DNA of 64,000 nt from Raillietiella orientalis (Eukaryota), in assembly GCA_036172245.1 (NCBI GenBank), contig JAYWIR010000022.1:682001-746000 (forward strand), given 5' to 3'. Position 1 is the first letter of the stretch. Every line of letters starts with the position of its first letter. A model generated the notes under the pieces. That model worked only from the letters and a program-made list of their open reading frames with translations, was not told the origin of the DNA and searched no databases. Shown one piece after another: positions 24,541 through 36,500 of the stretch. The translations under genes were made by a program, and so were the position numbers.

Positions 24541-25273
24541 AAGGGACAAACCGAGTTATCTCCGTCTCGGGGAAGGTGTGGAGGAAAACACCAGTCCGTC
24601 GAGTGGCCGAGAGTGACCTACGTGGAACCCCGCAAATCTCCCCGCGACACCTCAGCTGAGGAATGCAACGTGGCAGGTGTCGCGAACGCATGTATTGGCA
24701 GCTGGTGATGGATAGAAGAAAAGAAGGAAGGAAGAAAGGAGAATTCACGCATTACCACGATGAAGGACAATGGAAAGAGAAGTCCAGGACAGGTGACGGC
24801 GATTGGTAAAGGAGGATGACAGTGAGTCGACTAATGAGGAGATCTCCTACTTGGCGGTGAATGCTTCTCCTCTCTTCTCTTCTCTTCTTTTCCGCCTTCT
24901 CCTAGATGGGCAGCGAGTTTGCGATGACGAAGAAGCTGGCTCAAAAGGCCAAAGGCTAAAGGGGAAATCTTGAGAGGACTCTCAGGGAAACCTCCGAATC
25001 CGAAATGGAGACGGAAAATCCTGCTAAAGGAATACACGGTGCGAGGACCCGTAGGCCAAAGCCCGGGGCGAAACGTATCCCCGCGTGAGGGGTCAGCATC
25101 CGACGGGGAGACGATTTCCGTGGGACATCTCAGCGGAGAGGATGCTAAGATGCCGACCGTCCAGGGTCCCTGCAGAAAAAGAGGCAGGAAGAAGCCTCTA
25201 GACCTCTCTCTCCCTACGAGGGTTCTCCCCTCCCGCGCGAAGCGGAAACCACGGCGAAGACTTCCGAGGAGCA

Positions 25274-27447
25274 ATGCGAATAGTCGTTGCCTCTTTGTGT
25301 CGCCCGCGACATGCTGTTTGGGGCGCTCACGGAATCCTCAACGGCGCGAAAAGGCGGACCGCGGCCGAAACGCTGCGCCACCCCATCCCCGCTCTCCAAG
25401 GTGTTCGCAAGATTTCCTCGGAGGAGGTGTTCGAGATCGAGACGCGCGCACGCACCTCGCGAATGGCCGTGAGTGGCGTTTGTTTCGACGACGACGGTGA
25501 CGTCGGCCGAGCGGACCCGACTTCAGCTCAGATGGTCCGACGCGATCGACCTCGTCCCGACGAACGTCTGCGCGCCACGCGGCCGCAACGCTGCATACCG
25601 AGAGAACTCGGATCTTCGGTGCGATCTGAGCCAAAGTTCAAGCGATGTGGGCTATAGCGTGGTGCATCTGGTAGCAGGGGATCTCATCCTCCGTCTGGCG
25701 TCAGAGGACATGCGTTGGAAAGGCCGTCGAGGGCAGGCGGATGAGTCGGGTGAGTCGATGCACGCGACCGACCTTCTCTCCGATGAGTTCGAAACGTCGG
25801 TCGACCGCGTCCACTTGGACAGTCCCCCTTGTTGGCGGGTCGACGGAAGAGGCCGAGTCAGATCAACCCTGTCCGACCGCTTCAGGATCGAACTGGAGCC
25901 ACTTCTGCCCTGGAGGGGTTCCCCCGATGAACAAATGAGGGTTACGGGAGATTGGTTCTTCCACCCGGCAGCCGCGGAGCAGCTCTAGGCTATCTTCTGT
26001 AGCTTTGCAATAAGCCATCTAGAGGACTGGGACCACTTGAAGGACTCGGTCCGGCAGTTTTGCGCCTGGTGTCCACCGCACCTTCTGCCCCAAGGCTTCG
26101 GAAAGGATATCGGGAGCAGACGAGCTTTTCTGTAAGCGCGATCCCACTCCAGATGTCTGGACGAGCGTGGGCTAGCCGAATACCAGGTCAGGGCGAAACG
26201 ACAGGTCTGGCAATTCCGGGCGCCACGTGCGCGAGGCCTGGAGCCGAACCAGGTCAGCGGCGAAGAAAGTCGTCCGCGACTTTTACTCCTCGAAAGGGTA
26301 CCAGTCGTCTCCGCGGATTGGATGCTGCCGGAGGGCCTTCCAGCTTCAAGCGGGGCGGAGCGCTCACTCTTGGACGAGCAGCGGGGCTTGTCGATGGCAG
26401 GGATCGCCGCCGCCATCGGGAAACTCGAAAGGACTGGCGCACGGCAGCAGGGTAGGACGGACAGACCGCCGGCGGAATTCCCCCGACTTTCATCCACAGA
26501 ACTGCGTCCCCCTGGCATGAGAGCTTGCGATGCTGATTGGGAAGAGGGGTGAGGTGCCCGTCTGGCTCCTTCCGGCCAGCGTGGGTCCGTCTCCTCCCGA
26601 AAGGAGGACACCGACGCACGCAGCACCGGCAACCGGCGTGCGACCACCTTTGGGCGAACTCAGACTCCCATCTGCTCTCGAATTTGAGTGTCTCGTGCGA
26701 ATGGCAGGTTGCGAACTCCGTCATCATTCCGGAGCAGCTGCTCCTAGTAGGAAGATGGGAAGCGACCTGCTGTTTGCGCACAGCTGGTTTCGGGTGCAGA
26801 AGAGTGCTGCGTCCGAGTGCCACGAGGCCAAAAAAGTCAACAGGCCGCTGACCAGAAAGAGGGAGAAACGCCGTGGATCGCAGTCGAAGTCGAAGAGGCG
26901 TTCGGCTGTTTCGACTCTGAAGCTCCTGGAACGTTTAGGACCCATACCAGCTCTCCTGTATGTGCGCTCGCTTTGGAGCGATGCGATTATTAATGGTACG
27001 TTCAGCAGTGGACATGAGTGCGGCGTGCCGATGCGGAGGGGGATCGGGGAAGATGGACAGCTTGAGCCCTGTGCTGGGCAGCACCTACCTGGGGTTGGTA
27101 GTAAAACCACGCACAAGGAAACTGGTGGCACTCCTGTCCTCCTGCTATTATTCGCCGGTCATGTGCACATGGGATCGCCAGCAACGGGGCGACTGGGAAA
27201 GTCAACATTCGTCTGAATAGGTCATCAGAGGCAGTATCTGGGAACTGAGGTGCCTCAGAGGTGCGCTCTCGTCCCTGACGTGGCCAGCAGTACGCGCAAA
27301 AGTGCTCCCACTGTTCCGGAGAATAGGCATTCCGTATGCGCCTTCTCCTATGAAATGTGGTGGCGTTTCACTTATTGCAGGTGTGTCAAACTCATTTCAA
27401 CCGCGGACCATTTGATGCGACGGGTAAGATTCATGCGAGCCACATGA
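25274..27447 (+). pseudogene. GC-rich decayed long reading frame, unknown product
   Basis: One frame runs 25473-26552 (360 codons) with only two internal stops. An overlapping frame runs 26530-27447 with one internal stop, and a further overlapping ORF lies at 25274-25657. Confidence 0.45.
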
Positions 27448-28110
27448 CATGAAATTCTCTTAAAATATAAAAAATAAGGTTTAGCATAAATTTTAAAAAT
27501 TCAAATAACCGCGATTACTGAATTTTTTTTTTAAAAAGTTATAAAACCCACAAATCTTTGACACGCCGATCGAGACAAAGAAACTAGCGCAAATGCCTTT
27601 CATTAAAATTCGTTAAATCGATAAAAACTTGAGTTGCATTTAACGCTGCATTTGGACTTTGTCTCCCACGGTTGACCAGTGCATCCTAGCGCATGTGACA
27701 TGGCAACGACGCGACGGCTACTTGCTTTTTTCTTCGTGACATATTCTTCTGTTTTTCCATTTTATTTCAGAGCATAGCGGGCCACATAAAATCACATCGA
27801 GAGTCGCATACGGCCCGCGGTCCACTAGTATGACACCCCTGACTTATCGGAAAAGAACTCAATGCTCCGGATGGTGGTCTGCTGGCCATGGAGAGAAAAA
27901 AAAAAGTGTGGACAAGAAAGAACGGGATCTCCAAAGCGGGAGCAATAGACTTGAAAGATGCCGCGAGCAAGAAGACCACGTTTCTTAGGGCAGAGGCATC
28001 CACGTCTTCCTCCGCCCGTCGACACTCCAAAAGACTCATGGCACCCTCAATGCATCGGGCTGGATCCTGAAAGGCAAAAAACCAAGGTAAAGCATCTCGC
28101 TGAACAATCA

Positions 28111-30249
28111 TCTCCTGAGGCGTTTCACGGAGCTCTTCTACGGGAAGGTTGCATTTTCCAGGTAGCACTCGTGCCGACACAAGCTTCTGTTACCAGGGAA
28201 ATCGGATACGCCGTCTCCGCCCTCCAGCAGCAGGGCAGATATGCGGAGCAGGAGACACAGACCGCGCGTCCGCCAGCGGTTGCGTGGGAGGATGGACGCA
28301 ACATCCACTCGTTTTACCGAGCACCTGATGCGGATGCCTACAACGAGAGACACCAGTGGCTGCTCCGCAGCCTCGTCATCAGAGCCAGCCTCCGCAGCGC
28401 ATCCTGGAGGAAGGAACCAACTCCTTCGGTCGTCCCCCGAGTCCGGTCGAGGTCGCAGCGGGACGGCGACTTGACGGTGCACACTGCAGTCTCCGCGCAG
28501 GAGGGAAAAAAGCGGAGGATCGGAAGAAAGGACAGAAGCACACATCCCGCGCTGCCGCCCTCTCGGGAAGCAAACGCGAGCCAGGAGGGCACGCCGCGTC
28601 TTGACCGGCCGGCCGGATAAACGCCGCCGCCCTTGGAGACGACGACCCCATGGGGCGGCATCCCCCGGTTGGACTCCAACCGATTCAAGCACGCGTGTTT
28701 TCGAGGAGGATCACTCCGCGGTCAGCCCAATGACGCGACTCTCGACTTTTGCCTGTTCACCTCCGCGCCGGAGCGCCTGCGAAGCAGCTCGAAGAACGCC
28801 TCCGCAAAGACTGCAGGAGAGCACGCGTAGAAAGCGAAAGAAGCGCGTAGACCTCCACTGCGGGCGGGTCACCGGAGACCGGAGGAAGTCGCGAGCGAAC
28901 CTTCTGAGCAATTCGCGTCCTTCTTAGAGGCGGCAGTGGCTTCCTATCTCTGCAGCCTGAACGGTCGGGGGCGTGGAGCACGTGGGCACTTACCGTTAGA
29001 CCCGCAACCCAACGACTGAGCATTCCTGCAGCTACGCTAAGCACGCACCCCACGCCTAGCAGAGAGACTCGACGTCGGCGTTGGGTGCTCAGGCAGAGCC
29101 GGCCACCCCTTTCGTGTAGGAGCAGAACCAGCCTGGATGATCTGCAGGATGCGGGAACAGGCACCGAAGTCCCCCGGATAGGCAACGCCGATCGGCTCGT
29201 CAAAGGGTGCTGCCACCAAGAAGAGGTTGCGGGGCAGGCTGTTCCAACCTGTAGTCCTCGGAGGGCGGTCACGGTGTCGCTGGTCGCGAAGGGCACGCGA
29301 CGCCGGTTGAAGGTGCCCTCCGGCAGCGTGCACCTGGTCACCCCGAGCGGCTCTGTGGCACGGCCATGGTCAGGAGACGCTTTCGCACTCAGGAGGCGGT
29401 GGCGCCGTTGTCTCGCCACACCCGCTCCGGAGAGCAGCGCACTACACTTTCCGGTGCCTGCCGCTGCTCACTGCCAGCGTGATCTGTGCGCCGAGGCATC
29501 GCAACGCGCGGAACGCTCGACATTCGGCTGCCTGGTGGGGTGCGTGCCCTCAGGGACGCTTCCCTGCGTATTTGCCCTGCCGCGAAATCTTCCGCTGGGA
29601 GATGCGGAGGACGCCACTCCCATGAGGGAACGCACGGGATCTGGAAACTGATCGCCGCCTCCTACCGTGCTGATGGAGCAGCTCGCCAGCACCGCTCGAG
29701 GTTTCTCCCGGCCTTTCGGTTGGCTGATTCCGCCTTTGGAGATGCTCCAGAACTTCGCCTCCGGGTGCTCTGCTTGCGGAACCGGCTCACGTTCGATCCG
29801 GCGATGATCCGACCGGGTGGACAGAGTTCGTCTTCGTGGGCAGACCCTCTCACGCAGGTGGTCATCGAGGAACAGGTGGTCGACGGTGGTATGCTTCGCT
29901 TCACGTACCCTACCGACTTTGGGCCGCTGACTGTGGAAGCGTCTGGGAGTAGGCGGGCATTATCGTCGCCTACTATCGGGTGCGGTGCCCCAATGTGCGT
30001 CCGTTGTCACTAGTCTCGTCCCGAGTCCTGCAGGCAGTTTACCTGGTCTCCCTAGGGTTGGAGATTGCAGGGCGCGTAGACGCTCCTTATGACGAGGCCG
30101 TTGAGTGCAAACCGGTTAACTTGACCCCCTCCCCTCCCAGGGTCAAAGTGAACGTGTTGTTTGACAAGTGCGGCCTCAGAAGGATGTGTGGATCCGCATC
30201 GGTACCCCGAGGGTTCCCTCTGACGATTCTTCCGTCCCGCGCACCATCT
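28111..30249 (+). repeat. Left arm of a 2,139-bp near-perfect inverted duplication
   Basis: Reverse complement of 43517-45655. Paired coordinates always sum to 73766 (no indels), and ORFs are mirrored in the track. Confidence 0.98.
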
Positions 30250-30869
30250 ACATAGAGATTCTGTTCACCACTTGCTGCAGAAATCGAAACTCATCAGTGA
30301 TTTCTCGATCGCATGCATCTGCGTGTCATTCCACAGGTCGTGGATGCTCTTTTCCGTCTTGCAGATGGTGCTGGAGAGGGAAGAGGTTCCCTTTGTACCT
30401 TTTGTCGCTCTTTCTACGTGGCAGGAGATGTGGGGCAATAGCCAAAGACACTTTCTTCAAAGATTTGGGTATGCAGACTACAGGTGCTTCCTTCAGCATC
30501 GCGTCGGAGGGGCCTTCCAGTTCCGACTCTCCTTTACTGAGGACCACTTCCCTCCTGGGAACTCTGGGACGCAGTCCATTGGCGGACCCACACGATTTTC
30601 TCGCTCTACCACACTCGCCATTTCGTAGTCGAATGTCACTGCTTGAGGCTTCCGATCCCGAGATATGCTTCTCTGGAGGTTTCGCTTCCTTTGGAAAGGC
30701 AGCTGCGAGGTAGTCGTGTGCAGCTGGGGCCGTCTTGGTCGCCTCCCTATTTACCACCTGCGCGCTTCCATCCCTAGGGATTTCCTCGATCACCCACTGA
30801 GGTTTTCTCTTCCATTGCGGATGGTGCTGTTTTCTTCGTCCTAACTCGGTGATGTCAGGACGTTTGTTT

Positions 30870-31200
30870 GAAAAAGGAATAAGCTAGCAAATAAGAGGGA
30901 ACTGGGGTGAGGGTCTTCGGTATTTGCCACTCCTTCCTCACTAGAGCTGGCGGCGAATGCGCGGCTGCCATGCGGGTGGCCTTCCCTCCCCTTTCCTTTC
31001 CTCTGCTGCGAACGAGACTCCATCACGGAGCAGGCTGCGACGGGCTGAGGATGCTATTACCCCGGGAACCAGATGTCTGCGCTGGTTGCGCTGGAGTCCC
31101 CAGAGCAGAAACGGCGGAACATCCCGTTTCCGCCGCAACGGGAACACGAGAGTGTCCGCATGCAAAGGGTGGACCAGCTGTTTCCTTCTCACGCGGTGCG
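30870..31200 (-). mobile_element. Subfamily B LINE 3' fragment with internal deletions
   Basis: TLVFPLRRKRDVPPFLLWGLQRNQRRHLVPG matches 20193-20248. It then jumps to cgtcgcagcctgctccgtgatggagtctcgttcgcagc (matches 20452-20490) and ccagctctag..gaagg (matches 20073). Confidence 0.8.
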
Positions 31201-31389
31201 GTTTCCAAGGGGTTCCAGGTTCTTGTTCTCCATGGGTTCGGTTCTTCCTCCTGAGGCGGAAGCGCTTTATGCACATCGTTCGGCTCCAGGGATGAGCCGG
31301 ATGCAGCGCGCTGCATTCTCAGGGTAATGCAACGGCTGTCTGGTCGTGGCTGTTCTTTGTCCCGTGGTTCCTGCGCACCCCTTTCTTTT

Positions 31390-32302
31390 CTGGCAGCCTG
31401 GCACGTTGCGTGCGCGTGTCCCAACTGATTGCGGCGAGTGCATCTGATGTTCGGGCACACCTTCTTTAGGTTCCCCATGTCCTCGCAAAGTCCTTAAGCT
31501 GCGTTGCCTCGGGCTTGCGCGCCTATCACAAATCGGGAATTGGTACTTTTTTGTGGAATGGCCGATCTGTTTGCCATGGTTTTGCGCCTTGCGGTCAGCC
31601 CTACCAATGCTTTTGGAAAAAAGGCATTCTTTCGCAACATGCTGTGTAAACGGTGGTGGCCGAGCTTCGACAGTTAGGCCACCATCGTGTCCTTGGAATA
31701 TCCCCATTGACGTCCCTCAGGTGAATCACCATGGATTTGTCCTTGTCCTCCCGTTCACGCATATTGGCGAATTTCGTAGGTGGTGGACCAGCTCTTCATC
31801 TGCTCTGAGTGGCTGCCATCCCTCACCTTCATCCAGCATTAGCGGAGCTCGGAGGTCTCCTGGGTGCATTCCGGGACGTTCGAGTTTCTTAACGAACTCC
31901 ATGTACGCGGGTTTTGTTATATGACCTACCTTATATGACCTCCGTACCTGAGGGTAGAGCCCTCGTTCCACAGAGACCATTGGTCTCCGAATCCATCATT
32001 TCGTCTCTGCGGTCCTAGCAAGCCACTGCTTTCCAGAAACTGTCCATCATGACTTGCCCCCTAGGAGCACCGTTCTTCCTCAACGATGGCCTGCTCCATG
32101 GAAGTGCTGGCTTCACTTTCAGGAGTTTGACGAGGGAATCCCACTTATTGGGGCTGTGAGGCAGTCCTCCATCCATCACCCAAGGCATATTGAAGTCAAC
32201 GACTTCTACAAATAAGAAATCACTGCCGTAGCCCAAAGAAGAATCCAAGTTCACGGATCGCTGGTGCGATACGCTCGCACCACTTCGGAGTGACCTTCGC
32301 AT
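31390..32302 (-). pseudogene. Decayed ORF ending in a basic patch plus CCHC-like knuckle (possibly a Mutator-like transposase C-terminus)
   Basis: Consecutive ORFs at 32302-32015, 31980-31726 and 31707-; RRASPRQRSLR followed by IRCTRRNQLGHAHATC (31442-31401). No DDE or SWIM motif seen. Confidence 0.35.
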
Positions 32303-32389
32303 CCTGGATAGGCGAGCCCTCTATTTAAAATACTTCCGTATACTAAATAGATGCAGTCGTACACAAAGAAGGGCGCTGACACGTGCCGA

Positions 32390-32480
32390 CCCTGAACCCA
32401 GAGGGTTGCCCTCGCAGGGGACGGAAGTAAGGAGGTAGGGAGACAATAAATAATAAATAGGGACAATATAAATAGAGAGT
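32390..32480 (-). mobile_element. Possible isolated LINE 3'-UTR remnant
   Basis: tttattatttattgtctccctacctccttacttccgtcccctgcgagggc resembles the UTR at 47120-47050 and contains the loop variant CCTGCGA. Confidence 0.4.
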
Positions 32481-32859
32481 GGGATGAATCGATCTCACAG
32501 CATCCCGCTTCATTCCTGAGGGTCGGGCAGGAAAGGGACGGGAAGAGGGTTCTCCCACCGGCTTTGGGTTAGTCTGCCTACAATTGTTCAAAAGTTCCCT
32601 TGAACCTCACATCCCGAGTTGGGCCATTTCGCAGACCTCTGCACCGCAGACCATGGCAATTGCAAACGGCTCTCCGGGATGTCAGTCGCTTTCTTCCTCC
32701 TCCATTTTGGTGGTCACCGCTGTTTTGATGTGGCAGCGCATCTTCAGCGACCGGAAAGCCTGGGGACGCGGACGCGAGCCTTTGGAAGCGGGACTTCGGG
32801 AGCGGCATCGTGGAAGGGCACTGTGCGATGCACTTCACTTGCACACAGACGCTGATGCT

Positions 32860-33573
32860 TCAGGCAGCTTTCTCCCCAGTGCCTTTTGGCAGACGCACCC
32901 ACCCATTGAAGTGACGGGAGTCAGCGTTGATGCTGCTGCACTGGAGCCTCCCATGTAAGGCCCGCAGGCATCACTGGACACGAGGGTGTGTGTGGAGCCA
33001 AACTGTGACAGGTGCGGGGAGCGGAAAACCTTCCCACACCTCCTAGTGAACTGTGTTGCCCTCCGTCCCTCTTTGGGCACGCTTTGCTGCAGCCCTAGAA
33101 ACTCCCGGTGGCAACTCCAGGGATGCTTTAAGACCCCTCCTCCTACGAGATGCCCTTCGACCGGCAGCCTCGTTAGCAGCAATCTACTGTCTACGTGGAA
33201 TTGTGGCGGCCTGGAAGGATGCAAGAGGAGGACGGAGAGGCAGGTGTACCACGTCCACTTCGCCTACAGTGCATAAGGATAACAACAAGATGGTACCATG
33301 TGGAAAACAGCATGCGGCAAGAGTCCGCCGGCATCCACGAAAGGATGCAGAAGACCTCCTCCAGCAGAACGTGATCCCTTCCAGCATCCCCCACCCTGAC
33401 TCCAAATTTGTTTATTTATTTTTATTTTTTCTTTTTGTTTGCCCTCCCCCCTCTGCTGCTATGGCGGACCTCGCCGGTCTACGGAACGGTAACCTGGCAG
33501 GCTCCCAGTGAAACGGACGTGGTTGGACCGGTGGTCCAGCCACTATCTTTGTAGGTGTTTATTCGGAAATAAA
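32860..33573 (+). mobile_element. Subfamily A LINE 3' fragment with UTR
   Basis: HPLK*RESALMLLHWSLPCKARRHHWTRG/PNCDRCGERKTFPHLLVNCVAL, then RDALRPLLLRDALRPAASLAAIYCLRGIVAAWKDA. T-rich tract at 33407-33440, hairpin at 33519-33543, AATAAA at 33568-33573. Confidence 0.92.
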
Positions 33574-36500
33574 GTCCCCGACGCAGACGCGTGATAACTC
33601 GGGCATCCTTCCGCGTTCCGGAAGCACGCACGGGAGTGTTCCCGCTGTCCCGCAGTAAAGGCATCCCAGGAACGCCCTTCCCGCTCAAGCGCGGTGGCGT
33701 TCCTCTTTTCGAGCGAGTGCCCAGCGCACCAGCAGGATGGCGATCTGTTTGCTTCGGAGACAGGACAGAGGAGTCGACCACACAAAGAGTGGAAACTTGA
33801 TGCTCTTCCGGGGAATCCCTAAAGATTCCATCCATCTCAGGGGACCCCGAGCTGAACTTTTTCGCGTGGCCTCGTTTGCCAGGCAAGGGGGTTACTTACT
33901 GGCCAATGAGCTTAATACCCCCTGAGATACGGCAGGTCGCGCCTCATACGCTGCGCGACCGGGTGAAATCACAACGGCGCACAGCGTCTCCGAAGGAAAA
34001 ACAAGCAAGCTCAAGGTGCCACTGCGGTAGAGATAGTGCCGCACCTTTCCTCGCGGAACCCGACATGGAAATGAAGGGCTCTTGCCCAACATCCTCGGAA
34101 AGCCATAGTTAGGTGCGCACAAGCAAGATGGATAGGCTTCCGCCCGGATCAGCACCCCAGCTGAGGACGCCGACACGCACGCTGACAAGGAGGGCGACGC
34201 CCTGGAGTCCTCCAGAGAACAGAACGGGCCAAAAAGCGAAGCAGCCAGAGAAATGCATTTCTGCGCCTCAAGCTCGAGAAGCACCACCGCCAGAGGAAGG
34301 AAGGCTGATCCAGGAAACTCTGCCTCACATTTCCAGCCCCGAAGCGGAACCGGAGAGATGAGAGCGTTCTGCGCACGGCGTTATGGAATATCAACGGGAA
34401 TGGAATACCGTGTCGCAGCGACGGGAAGAGGCAAGCGATCCGGCGCCACCTTCGACCATGCCCCCGCACAGAAGATCCTCCAGACGTGCAGACAGGATGC
34501 GGAAGAAATCAAGCAGATCACTGGAAGGGAAGCTCCGCACTCCCGTGCCGAGTTGCATTTCTGGAAAAGCCAAGTGCTGAGCAAGAATCCGCACCGGCAG
34601 TGATGGTTGTGGTTGAAATCGATCGACTTGATCGTTGCGAGCCGCTCTTGCGCGCCATAGATCCGTTGATGCTCTCCGTATGCATTGGCTTGCCATTTCT
34701 GCTCCAGAGACCGACAGTGAGCTGATTCAGTGACACCTGCTATGCGTTTGGGCTCAGAGCCAGAGGGCCCAAGTCAACTGGTTAGGACGACTTGCTGGCT
34801 CACGAATCTGGGATGACGGGCTCTATCGATTGCGTCCTAAAAAGATCATCTAAAAGACGATCATCTGTGGCTGCGGATCGAGCTCAGAGAGAGAGAAAAG
34901 GTCATGTCCAATCATCCCATGGTGGATCCAGAATTGGTGTGTCCTAGGAAGAGAACCCCAATGAACATTCCCACAAACTCTGGGATTCGAACCATTTCAA
35001 GACTGCTATCCAGTTGGCCCTACGTTCTCTTCCATCGCAGCGAATCTCGGCTGACCTCAGAGGGAGAGTGGACCGCAGCACCTCCATACGCGGTGCTATG
35101 CTTTGATACGCATCTTCCGATATGCGAAGACCCAAGACTGTAAGAGCACCAAGCTGTGGACAAAAGACAGGCTGGCAATCTGGGACTCAGTGCCTTCTGG
35201 ACGCGCGCCGCTGTCCCTCTGCTTACGTAAGCGTACGACGAAGGCTGTGAGTCTCGTGCCCCAGACCCCATGCGACCGACCCCGTGGAACATGACCGGAC
35301 AGAGAGAATGTTTCTTTTGCAAGTTGCTGCCAACATACAGAAAGGGGGATGGGGAAGCAGCGGTAGAGCCTCGAGGGACCTTCCACAGCGAATGGAATCC
35401 TTCGTGTCGCAGGAGAGTTCAAGAGTCCTTCCCTCCTTTCCGGCTGGAGGCAGTCCACTCATCCTCCAAAGGAGACTCATTGGTCCGCCAGCTGCTCCTC
35501 TAGCTGCTCCTCTCCGCAGTCAGCGGGATTCTTGCATCGATGGCGGCAGAGATCCAGCATCCGGCCGACGGCGGAAGACGCTTCCGAGATCCGGTTGCTG
35601 GGCATCGGCGGTTGTTGCTAGGAGAGGGTGAAGAATGACTCCTAAGAGAACCACTGAAGAGAAGGCATGAATGGGGTCATAAGCCCATGGTCTGGATGCG
35701 GATCTGCCGAAACGAATCTCCTCCTGCGGTGCACCGAGGATCGACGATGGAGCCTGTCCGGAGGACGCGCCGGATTGGAGGTCGAGCGCCCTTGGCAATG
35801 CGAAGACATAGGAGCATCTGAAGACCTGCTGGGGGTCCCTGAGAGTCGACATTTTCCGCTCCGTGTGCCTTGAGGATCCCTGATGAGTCCATGGAATCGG
35901 AGCCGACGGAAGTGAAGGAACCGTCCAATATACTTCCAGGCACCCAGAAGCAAGGATGAGAGATGCCTTGGGATGCGACAGGGCACATCGACTGCATGCT
36001 GATTCCCACTCCAGCTTGGTTGTTTTCCAGCTTGATTGGTTCACTAAAGATGCTGGAGCTGAGAGGAACGGTGAGGCGAGACGCCACCAACTCAGCACTC
36101 AGGTAAGGGCAATCATCCTCCAAGCTTATGGAAAGAGATCTCGGGTGATCATTCTCGGCAGGCAGGGGATCCGCGTCCTCCCACATCCAAGCGCTTGCGA
36201 GACACTCATCTCTGAAGATCGCAAAAGGGGAAATTTCGAGTGAAAATCTGGAGGTCCATCGGGCATTCAAGCGGAAGTGCTCTAGACGCTGCTGCGCCGT
36301 TGGGACGAAGGAAGATAAGAAGAGGAACTGATCTTGGATGTTGCGGAAGAATTTCCGATGCAAGGCGAGTGGCGAACCGGGGGTTGTGATGGTAGGGATC
36401 GCTCGACTCTAAGCTCTCTGAGACCTGCATGCGGTAGCATCAGCGCACTCACGTGGCCTCCTTGCTCCGTGCCGCCTCCGCCGCTGAAAAGAGGGAAGCT

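Noticed and set aside
27790..27830. Helitron-like 3' end (CTAGT after an AT-rich island)
   Set aside because: No convincing GC hairpin 10-12 nt upstream and no identifiable 5' TC end.
32460..32476. TATA-like TATAAATAG (also at about 41987)
   Set aside because: No supported downstream gene. The 32.46-kb case lies in what looks like a reversed LINE T-rich UTR.
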